Made by a program: the position numbers and the translations under genes. The notes below the pieces were generated by a model. It searched no databases. It was given only the letters and a program-made list of their open reading frames with translations, and was not told the origin of the DNA. DNA of 64,000 nt from Bugula neritina (taxonomy: Eukaryota; Animalia; Bryozoa), in the NCBI GenBank assembly GCA_964035545.1, contig OZ037766.1:4206722-4270721 (forward strand), written 5' to 3'. Positions 53,483-64,000 of the stretch are shown piece by piece (positions within the stretch are counted from its first letter, which is position 1; each line of letters starts with the position of its first letter).

Positions 53483-56400
53483 AACAAATGTCAGTTTTCT
53501 CCCCCTTACTCACTGTGTATTATTTACTCTACCCAAACTTACACCCATAAACTTGTGTGTAGACCCACAGGCTATGCTAAGATTAGAGTGTCCACCCACA
53601 CTACAGCACACACATAGGCTACTACAGAGTCAGATTCAAGTTGTATCAGTATGCATTACTTTCTCTCCATGCCTGGGAGTTAGTCATGCTTTGGCTTCCA
53701 TCATTAAAAGATAAAGTGATGGGCCATGCAGCCGGTTTGATACAAGGAAAGAAGGTTATCTGTGGTGCTGCCATAACATTATGAATGTATCTCTATTACA
53801 CTCTGATAACCATTGTGTGTGGATTAACTTAGCCATTTTAGACAGTTCGAACTAATAAAATATATTGCGCACAGAAATGAGGGGTCATTCACACTCATGT
53901 ATGAAGTTGCCTGCCCGTGTGCAGGAATTTATTCACTATGTTTCTGAATTTTGTGGCTCTTTTCAGTTGCATTTTTAAATTAGGCAGCTTTAAGCTGCAC
54001 CTTCACTATTAGGTTTTCCACATGGTGCTGTAGTGTAATCACATACCACTATGCTGAAGTAATATGTTGCTTACTACCACATCCTACTGTATATACTACT
54101 ATGTATACTCTCTACGATCTCTATGACTAGGGGTGTTACTCATTAACACCATTAGTGCACTGCTGCCAGAGGTCATCACTTATTAGCTCACATTTGACCC
54201 TGCAACAGCAGCAGCAGCTAGTATAGGAGCTAGGTTGAAATGCCAGCATATAAACAGTGTGCAGATGCAATTCAGTTTGTAATCCAAAATTTAGTTTCGA
54301 ATGGATCACTGGAATTGGATTTTCCTACTGATATAGGAGTAATAGTTGTGCAAGGATGTATTTTTATATAAAACTGAACGTCCACCATTTCTTTGCTTGT
54401 AGTTAGTTTTGCAAAGTGGTTGGGGTGCTTGCATTTCTAGACATGGTGTGTTGATTGAACAAGCCCTACCTGTAATAATATACTTGAGGTGTCTAAGGCT
54501 AAAAGGAGTAGAGTTTTACTGTAGTTTTCACTTGTTATTCTCCTCCATCCAGTTATAAAGATGTTAGTGTCCTGTATTTAGACTATCAGCTCTATAATGA
54601 AGTGACTTGATAAGGAAAGTCAACTAACTGGTCATTATATTATTGTGTTGGAAAAATGCCAACATGTTACATCATGAGTGTATTTTACTGTCTCTCAACT
54701 TAATGTGCTGGCAACTGAGAAGGATATAGAGTTGAATTCACCACTGAAAGTTTATAGCCACACACTTGGAGATGTGCTTTGCTGCCATAATTGTGGCCCG
54801 AATGCTGTCATTTGCAATTTTAGCAGCTTTAGGAAGTGCTCTGTAATTTGAAATTGTCTTTCTCCCTCCCACCACTTTTTAAGTTGGCACTTACAAACAC
54901 TGTATCAGATGTGAAATGGCCGAATAGTGACATGTATGCACATTAGAGCTGTTTATGTTGCATAATTTTTAAATGTCAATGTTTATTTGGTTTCTCCTCT
55001 CTCTAGGAGTTTTCTTATCCCATGAAACGCACCGTATCGGTAAAGTATTTCGTGTGCAGCTTTTGATGTTACATAATTTGTGCAACATCTCATGTATGCT
55101 TGGGTTTTCTAGTATTGTCAAGTGTTGAAATCTTGCGACTCATCATCAACACTTGCTGTCAACACTTACACTGTATTTATTGGAGCTCTTGTCTGTGTTG
55201 AATCTGTTATACTGCTTTGCAATAGTTGTGTTTTTGCATATGTTGTAAACATATACATAAGAATGTTGAGTGTTGCAACCGAAATTGACATATGAATAAT
55301 ACACAGAAACTGATGTATGATGATTAAAACATTATTAAATGTATTCACTATATTTTAAGTAATTAAATTGTGTATTATAAACAAAACATGACAGTCAAGT
55401 ATCTGGCTAGTCTTGTACCTAGTGCTTGGTATGCAAGTCAGGCAGGGCAAATATGAAACCTATAAGGCAATATTCACTCTAACTGGCCTCTTTAATAACT
55501 AAAAATAAATACAATGGCAGCCTTTCTTTAGGCTTGCATTTACTGCATCTGCTATAAATGTAGCATGTCGAAAAGTTAGTCCAGTCTGGGGTAGAATAAC
55601 TCAAATTTATCAGTTCAGTGATTGTGTAAACTGTGAAGGCTTGTGGTTTGAATATTTTCAGATTCACACATAATCAATTACCAAATTTTGAAAGTAACTC
55701 GACTCAGCTGTTGTGAATTGTGATTACCTACATAGAAATAGTAATACATTTACACTGTAGTTCGGCTGCATGCTGCTTGATTTCATCTTTCACTGATCTC
55801 TCTTGTAGATAAAGATACTGGTAAGGTTGAAGCTTGTAATAAGACATCAGTTAAGTTCCTGAAGAAGGAGATCCCTGTGAGGTTAGCTAATATTTTGGAG
55901 GAGTTGAAACACCTACCCAAACCTCTTCTCAAGTCTCCTTCTATGAGGAGGATTACACAGTGGTGAGACATCATTGATTCTCATCCATAACTTTATCACT
56001 GGTTAATACTTAGTGTTGTTGAACTAATACAGTGCTCCCTCCGTATCTCACTAAGCTGCGGGTCTGAAACATTAATTCATTGCGTAGTGGAGTACCATAT
56101 TTGACTCCCGAACCCTTAAATTTGGCCATTTTGTCTCTATACACACATACAAAAGTCACAAAACAGGGTCTGAGCCCTTCCAGTGAGAACTGGATCCATG
56201 AGATATGAAGGGAGCTCTGTATGTATTGTGGTAAGATAATCTAATTAGTAAGGAGTTACCTTCTCAAGTAGTTCTATGCAAAATAATAAAGTATACTATT
56301 GCTACAACTGAACTGCCTAGAGCAGTCGACCGTTATTGTATCTTTGGAAATTTTAAAGATGGGTCACATCTGATTGGCCAGAATTGGACTACTTTGTATT

Positions 56401-59400
56401 TTTCAGTACTGGGTTTCAGAGACAGCTGTACACAGTTGTTATTGTAGTTAGATCTTGGTTATGCAGAAGGCAACTACTAGTTTCAAGGTTTAATTTTAGG
56501 TCTCTTAACAACCGTCAATATCTGGGAATTTACTGGTATACTTTTTGTGTCTTTTTATTACCGATTTTTGAGATTTGTCTTCTCTCATTTCGTTGTATTC
56601 AGGTATCAGCAGAGTTTTGAGGAAGTCATAGAATACGAGAATGCAGATGGAGAGAACAGGGATTTACAGATGCAGTTCTCTGAAACACTTTCTAGTATAG
56701 CCAGGCGTCACGCCAGTAAGTTATCCCCCTCGTTGTAGCTTGGTAACACAGATAATGCTGGTGTTGGCTATTGCTTGTTTACACAGTTGTGTTAGATTTT
56801 TAAAACAAACAAATAGTGTAAGGTGACAAGTGCTAGTTAGTCTAAATAGAACTAGTCAGGTTAAATTGACATAGCATTTTAAAGTCCTCATAATTAGAAT
56901 AGATTTGCTTCCTTAACAGTATTTTAAAAAGCCAGGGACTCCACACCTATCACCCTCCATTATGCTATAGCCATTTATGAATTATACACAATGTGTAAAG
57001 TATCAATTAATATAATATACAGCCCAAGATATCCATTTTATTTTATTATAATATTATTAGTTGCCCTGTTCAAGTTAGTAGGCTAAATGTTTCAGCTATC
57101 TTGCTAAAATATATAAAAGCGGTTTTGCTGCGTTCTCAACATAAGCAAATTTATTCATTGACAATTCATACTTGTCAAAACAAACTAATGTAACTATATG
57201 TCAAATATTTATAAGATGTAATGTGTTAATATAATATGTAATGTATAATATAATATTTAATGTTCAATATATTATGTAATTTGTTAATATAATATGTAAT
57301 GTATAATATAATATGTAATATATAATATGATACGTAATGTATAATATAATATGTATTGTATAATATAATATGTAATGTATAATATAATATGTAATGTATA
57401 ATATAATATGTAATGTATAATATAATATGTAATGTATTATATAATATGTAATGTATAATATAATATGTAATGTATAATATAATATGTAATGTATGATATA
57501 ATATGTAATGTATAATATAATATGTAATGTATAATATAATATGTAATGTATAATATAATATGTAATGTATAATATAATATGTAATGTATAATATAATATG
57601 TAATGTATAATATAATATGTAATGTATAATATAATATGTAATGTATAATATAATATGTAATGTATAATATAATATGTAATGTATAATATAATATGTAATG
57701 TATAATATAATATGTAATGTATAATATAATATGTAATGTATTAAACAGCTGTAGTGGAGACAACTGCTGAAGGTGTTATGGAATACCGGGACTTACATCA
57801 AAATGATTCCGCCGCCAACTACCAGAACATACAGTATTTCTTGGACAGGTTCTACATGAGTCGGATTAGCATCAGGATGCTTATCAATCAACACAGTGGG
57901 TATCACTTGGAGTTATCTTTCCTCAATATTAATGTCTTAGCACAGCTTAACTTATCTTATATTATACATGCTAGTTAGCTAGCTAGTATTTTGTTTTATA
58001 GCATATAATTAGATATGCCATGATAATTTTGATGCTGGATAACTTAGGTTGTGTATTTTCACTCTACTGTAAAAACTCAAATTGTTTTTATTTTGATATT
58101 TTCCATTATTGCAACAGTTAATTTTATTAGAATTTTATGATATGTGTTTACAGCCATGTTGTTTGGTGATGACCTACCCAAGAGCCCTACTCATATAGGC
58201 TGCATAGATCCAAAGTGTGACGTGCTGTCCGTGGCGAAAGACAGCTACGCCAATGCTAAGTTTCTGTGTGAACAGTACTACATGACATCACCGTCTGTTG
58301 AATACACCACCATCAACCGTAAGTCTGGAACATTCTCTCTCTGCATTGCATCTCTCTGCATATGATCTGCCATTATATAAACTTGTGTGACTCTTACTCT
58401 ATTATAGGCTGCATTCTAGTTTTGAGACACCTCAGCATATTGTTACCACGGTAACCTGATATCATCAATGCAGCTCACCACTTCTGTTCCAAGTTATTTG
58501 CCTGCTGCTTATGTGTTTCTGTGTAATTGTAGCCTATGGCCCAGACAGTTTAACTCCTATAAACCTTGTCTATGTGCCATCTCACCTCTACTACATTCTC
58601 TTTGAACTATTTAAGGTACTTAGTCTTATTTACTATCTGCTAGGCATGTATGTCGCCTGTTGTACATTTGGTTGTATTGACTACTTTTTTATTTTCTTTT
58701 TAGTTGAACAGCTTATACATTAAGATTAATATAATATAATGTAAAAGAATATAATATGATGATATAATATAATTTACTGCTTTGGAAGCAATTCTGGTTT
58801 AGTAATTAGGTTATGGTTTACATTGTGAAGAAATGAATTATCGAGAACCAAGCAGTTAGTTGAAGCTGATGTAGCATAGAAATGTTGTTAAACTCTCAAA
58901 CTATGTGTTCATTACGTCTCAGTCTAAAGTTTAGACTTGGATTCATGCCATTTGCTTTGTGTCTCAGAATTCCATGCGGGCGGTAGTGGAGAAGAACAGG
59001 GATGAGGATAATGATAATTTCGAGCCCATCAAATGCCTGATATGTAGAGGACACGAAGACGTTGTGATTAGGATCAGTGATATGGGAGGAGGGATAAGGA
59101 GAAGTCAAACCCACATGCTCTTTAACTACATGTACTCAACGGCACCCCGTCCCTCAATGCAGAGTGGCTCTGTCAGTGCACCCCTGGTTAGTGTTATTAG
59201 CTAACCCTCTAGCTATTGGTAGACATACTGTTAACTCTCTAGCTATTGGTGGACTTGCTGTTAACTCTCTATCTATTGGTTGACTTGCTGTTAACTCTCT
59301 AGTTATTGGTTGGCATACTGTTAACTCTCTAGCTATTGGTTGATATGCTGTTAACTCTCTAGCTATTGGTTGACTCGCTGTTAACTCTCTAGCTATTGGT

Positions 59401-60116
59401 GAACTTGTTGTTAACTCTCTAGCTATTGGTGGACTTATGGTTGCCAAATCTATATTATTATATATTAGTGCCATTACTAATAGTTCTAGAATGTTCCATT
59501 AGCTGGTTTGTAATAACAGGCTGGTTATGGGTACGGTCTACCAGTGTCCCGTCTTTATGCCAGATACTTAAATGGAGACTTGAATGTTGTCACAATTGAT
59601 GGATATGGAACTGATGCTATTGTTACACTGAAAGTGAGTCCAATTATACGTTTTATTAATCAGGTTTACAGATGCGAAGCTGGTGGCTCAGAATTTTTTT
59701 TCAACATGCTATGCTACTGATGTGAGTAACTTAGCATGTCTGTTGAAAACTGAGTCTAGTTAATGTTGCTTATAATTTGAAATTTTTGTTAATAAAAGCA
59801 TTTTTCTATATAGCTGACCTTGTATCCAACTCATGGACGTTGCAATTTGAAACAATTTAGTTTGTAATGCTTAAAATAAGTCCATGTAAAATTGTTCTGC
59901 ATTTAATAGCTTGCTGATATATTTTTTTTACATTGTTAAAGGAATGTTATACACTGATTGTAGCTTCTATCAAGTCAAGCGAATGAGCTGCTGCCTATTT
60001 ATACAGCCACAACATCAAAGCAGTATAAATCTGAAATACCTGTTGCTGATTGGTCAAGCTCATACCCTAGCAGAAATAATAATAAAGTTTTTCAGCGTCC
60101 AACTGATTCGACTTAG
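51700..60116 (+). CDS. PDK: Pyruvate dehydrogenase (acetyl-transferring) kinase, mitochondrial; 9 coding exons 51700-51808, 55809-55962, 56603-56715, 57749-57895, 58154-58318, 58533-58615, 58968-59186, 59520-59633, 59964-60116
   Basis: Motifs [78 protein letters not shown] (N box), ISDMGGGI (G1), [27 protein letters not shown] (G2), GYGTDA and the C-terminal DW motif. All junctions are GT-AG and in phase. Confidence 0.96.
53200..53278. repeat. (TA)n microsatellite
   Basis: About 39 TA units in PDK intron 1. Confidence 0.98.
53422..53479. repeat. (TA)n microsatellite
   Basis: About 28 TA units. Confidence 0.98.
56030..56219. mobile_element. Tc1/mariner-pogo-type MITE with TA target-site duplication
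   Basis: TA|CAGTGCTCCCTCCGTATCTCA ... TGAGATATGAAGGGAGCTCTG|TA: 21-bp TIRs with 3 mismatches, CAG..CTG termini, TA on both sides, no ORF. Confidence 0.8.
57214..57740. repeat. 19-bp AT-rich minisatellite (ATAATATAATATGTAATGT)n, ~27 units
   Basis: Seen directly; near-perfect in the 3' two-thirds and ends 8 nt before the PDK exon at 57749. Confidence 0.95.
59202..59436. repeat. 30-bp minisatellite, ~8 units
   Basis: (CTGTTAACTCTCTAGCTATTGGTTGACTTG)-like units fill most of PDK intron 59187-59519. Confidence 0.95.
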
Positions 60117-60930
60117 TTGTAGGAAATAGAAATATAATACTTTTTTTGTAAATAATTGTGCAATATACCAATCTGAAGTTTATATATATTTGCCATTATT
60201 AGCACTTCCAATATAATATTTATTTATCCATATGTTTATTTTGGCGTTGTAAGCACTCGTGAGCAAGTGTTATTTACTAAATCTATTTTTAGTTTATAGC
60301 TTGAGTGTTAGTCTCAAACTTTGACAATCTTTAGAGTGTTAAACTTTTAATTGTTTTAGTACCATTAAAACAGCAATTATAGACTAGTCAACTCAAATTT
60401 ATTATTTTACTTCACATGCCCATTTTATTTTTCCAAGTATATTAGTGTTTTAGTAAAATCTGCACTTCTGTTCATAGGTTTAAGTATGGGAATCATCCAA
60501 CTTCAGTATGTGTATTTTGTTCCCAGTTTACCCTTAGTAAATGCGGTTATGAAGTTTTCTCTTAGGAAAATGTACCTTTTTCAATTCATGGATGTTGCCT
60601 AAAAACAATAAAGAAATATAATTGTCATGCTGCATTCATAAAGTTTCTGTGTTCATGTAAACCTCCTAGTAAATATAGTAGAACATGTCAATATTTAAAT
60701 TTCAGAACTTTCAATGTTTTTGTATTTAGATGCTGTATTAAAGCAACATCAGTAATTTTAATTGAAAGAAAACAAGGCTGGGAGATAAGTTTTCTTGCAG
60801 AAACTTAATGCATGTTTGATTGCTACACCCTGAACAACGATGTGAATATAACTATTTTGTTGGCATCCATGAGTGAGAGCTAAGATCTTATTCTATAATG
60901 CTGTCCGATAAAAGCATTCATGGTATATTT

Positions 60931-61078
60931 GAGGTAGGTGTAATAATGAAAAGCATTAAAAAAAGCCTGTGTTCTAGAAAAGAAATGTAGCAAAAAAAAT
61001 GTGTTTTCATGATAATTTCAATCTCATCAGAATTAAGCTAGGCAGAAAATAAAGAACTTAGATTATTCAAGTTTCTCT
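60931..61078 (+). repeat. Interspersed repeat fragment related to 5339-5485
   Basis: gaggtaggtgtaataatg..aaaagcctgtgttctagaaaagaaatgtagc..aaagaacttagattatt. Confidence 0.7.
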
Positions 61079-62949
61079 TGATTTTGCACTCGAACAGAAC
61101 ATTTACCAGCTTTTTATGTAATGCAGCAAACATCTCTAACAATCTATTAGGTTTATTCTCTATCGGAGAATAAATTAGCTAATTTCGCTGAAACATTAAA
61201 ATTGAAATTTATTTAAACTCTGTTACAAACGGACAGATGCATTGTATAAACTACTAATGGAGTTCACGGTAAAATATATGCAAGCATAGTTTGACTAACG
61301 TTGTACTAGACTTTTGGGTATAACTTATCGATCATCAAGTAAATATTAATAGATGTTAAAGAATCATTTCCTAACATGTAATAAGATGCTATTCTACATA
61401 ACACACCCGGAAAGTTATGAAGAGTGGTCACCCTTTGACATGAGACAGTAGAACATGGTTAAATAAGGTCTATCTTGGGCAATGCTAATGATACATTTCT
61501 TTAAACCAGCTGGCTTGGCTAAACATAGTTTATTGCAACTAAGCTAACAGCAGCCTTTATACAAGTCTCAGCTACATAAACCAACAAGTAGCACCACCAT
61601 TTTCAATTTTAATATTATGTCAAACAACTAGGTTCTTGGTTATGAAGAGAGAGAGAGAGCACAACTTCAAATAAACATATTTTAATACAAGATACATGTA
61701 CTACATAGTTTCTACAGAAATGTGTAGGGGTTATCTGTCCTATAGCTGTTACGTAATTCAAACGCCAGGATCACGTCGAGTCGCTTCTATTAGTTATATA
61801 ATTAACGCGAAAAAACTACGGCTTTAAAGTTACTAGAAGTCTGAATAGCAAATTGGTTTCGCTTTAGAAGTTGGCATGATTTGATATTTGGAAAGATTAT
61901 TTACTTGTGAGTCTAAAATTTACTAAATGAGGCTAAATAACCATCAAAGGCACAGCATAAATATATATAATTATACAATATAGTTTTGTACATTACAATA
62001 CAGCTTCGTACAAATTAATCTCATTATATCAATAATTTATCAATTTTTCATGAACTGTCTCAGTCTGATCAACTTCAAGTTTAAGTGCAACTCATCATGA
62101 TCATCATCATGAATCATGATGATGATACCTGGTGATATTGAAGTGTCCGTGATACTAATAATCATGCTGGTGATGAAGATGATCAACATCATGGCATATT
62201 GCCGTCATATTGATATAGACATTTAAATTGATTTAATTTCAAGTTTAGAATCAAATTCAAAATCAATGAACTCTAACATTATGATTATCTGTTATCATTA
62301 TGATTATGATTAATTTTTAAATTTACTAAAGGTAAGTCCAATGCTTATACTAATACTAATAGTAATAGTAAATGTAATGCTATTAGTATTAGTATTACTA
62401 TTAGCAATACTATAATATTGAAACTGAAAGTTGGAGCAAATAAGTTGTTAAATAATGATTGATTATTTATTTATGATTTTAATTATATAATAATTATTAT
62501 AATTATCTTTAAGTTTATGATTAATAATATTATACTTATAGTATAAGTAGAAAACTATAAGTATAAAGATGTTGAAGGTGGTTGTATTAACATATACTAA
62601 TAGTAATAGTAATATAGTACTCTTTCACTATTACTAAACTTGGTTGCAGCGTTAAGTTCAGGGTCTAATAGTGATACAATGTCTACCTGCTGGTATAAAA
62701 TTGTAGTAAAAGATCCGAAAAATGCTTAAAACTGTCAGTTTATTTATAGGCATATAGCAGTTTATATTAATACATATTATTAGTTATACTATCAACATAT
62801 TTTATAATATTTTTTGTGTTATGGCTGTCTATCACAAACTTTAAATGAAATTGATCTCTTTGCAACTGAATGATATTTTCTGCCGACATGTAAGCTGTTT
62901 CAACAGTATTTGTTAAAAGTTAAAAACTGAAAATGTGTGTTTGGCAGAT

Positions 62950-63634
62950 ATGCAAGAGATGGCACACAGAAATAAAGTACTCACCCTGTACCGGGCAATA
63001 TTGAAAACTAGTAGAACATGGGAGTCAGCTTCAAGAATTTCTTCAGATACAGAAAAAGAGAGCCTGTATATTGCTAGCGAAGCTCGACACTTGTTTAGGC
63101 AAAATAAACATGTACGTGCTGCTGCTCAAGAAATTTTACATTTTGATCTAACATATTTTACCATCAAAATCTGTATGTTTGTAACAGATTGACAGCATCA
63201 GCTTTTAAATGTTCAACCATATCTATTTTTAGCTTAGTGATGAAGATTCTATTAAAGCAGCAATCAAAGAAGCTGAAAGTCGACTTGAGATAGGTAATTA
63301 GCATCATGTCTGACTTTTGTTATATCGCTGTCTAAATACTGAAATCTTTCGGATCACCAGTGGAATTGAAATTCCTACTAGTAAGCTGCATATGTGTCTA
63401 AACAATCTAGTGTAAATTTTTGAATCACTAGTATAATTTGATGTTTACTTACTAGAAAAACGTGGATTTTATTGAGTTCTATATGATCTAGATATCTTTA
63501 GCTTACATAGTTATGAAAGATACTTTAGAATGTTTTAAAGGTAGTCTAGCTTGTTTAAGGTTTAATTTCTTAATCTGCTGTGAATTTTGATATTTTTTGT
63601 AGCATTGCATTACAAGAATCCTTGGCCTCGTCCA
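62950..63634 (+). CDS. LYRM1: LYR motif-containing protein 1, 3'-partial (exons 62950-63111, 63233-63293, 63603-63634)
   Basis: RNKVLTLYRAILKTSRTWESAS..DTEKESLYIASEARHLFRQNKH|LSDEDSIKAAIKEAESRLEI|ALHYKNPWPRP matches LYRM1 (LYR motif, EARxLFRxNK, LHYKxPxPRP). The last exon lies beyond the window. Confidence 0.92.
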
Positions 63635-64000
63635 GTGAGTATATAGATATAATATTTTCGTAGTGTAATTTAGCACCATTGCTGTCAAAGTGCTCTGTAG
63701 TATAACAGTTACTGTAGTATTTTAATTGAATATGAAAATCAGGCCATAGTTAAAGAAGCATTACTACCAATAATTTCATGTGTGCTAAGCAATATAATAA
63801 AGTTTCTTTAACTCAACTAGTTTTCATACTTGATTGAAATATATATAAAAAACAATTTGTAAATGCTATTTTTCCTTTCTATACATTACTAAGTAAATTT
63901 ACCAAACAGTTGCTAAAAAAAGTTTTCCAATTATTATAGAATTAATGAGAAGTTATATAATCAAAAAATAAAGCAGATTTTAGATTTCTTTTCTCACTTT

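Noticed and set aside
57437-57763. Ile/Tyr-rich ORFs (also 52922-53370 and poly-Leu 1092-1280)
   Set aside because: Translations of minisatellites or microsatellites.
51700-63634. PDK-LYRM1 adjacency as a functional mitochondrial cluster
   Set aside because: Two neighbouring mitochondrial genes can arise by chance; synteny data would be needed.

Overview
AT-rich, intron-rich eukaryotic (invertebrate animal) genomic DNA, not prokaryotic; no CRISPR array or rRNA is seen. Five spliced genes can be assembled by hand from GT-AG boundaries: (1) the 3' part of a CFAP92/KIAA1257-like gene (+, <307-14537); (2) a 43-exon, ~3050-aa type I membrane protein (+, 15643-42722) with ten tandem Notch-ligand-type N-terminal C2 (MNNL-like) domains, two degenerate DSL domains, about six ShKT-like Cys modules, long Thr/Pro mucin linkers, one EGF, furin sites at both ends of the ectodomain and a 6-residue cytoplasmic tail. 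This 'poly-C2 Delta-like mucin' is the most unusual object in the window; (3) a convergent sialomucin-like type I membrane protein ending in a class I PDZ motif (-, 44489->=47495); (4) a mitochondrial pyruvate dehydrogenase kinase (+, 51700-60116); (5) LYRM1 (+, 62950->63634, runs off the window). Introns carry tRNA-Thr-derived SINEs, a TA-flanked MITE, other interspersed repeats and several micro/minisatellites, two of which duplicate splice sites. Gene models are manual, with no transcript evidence; domain names come from motif recognition, not database searches.
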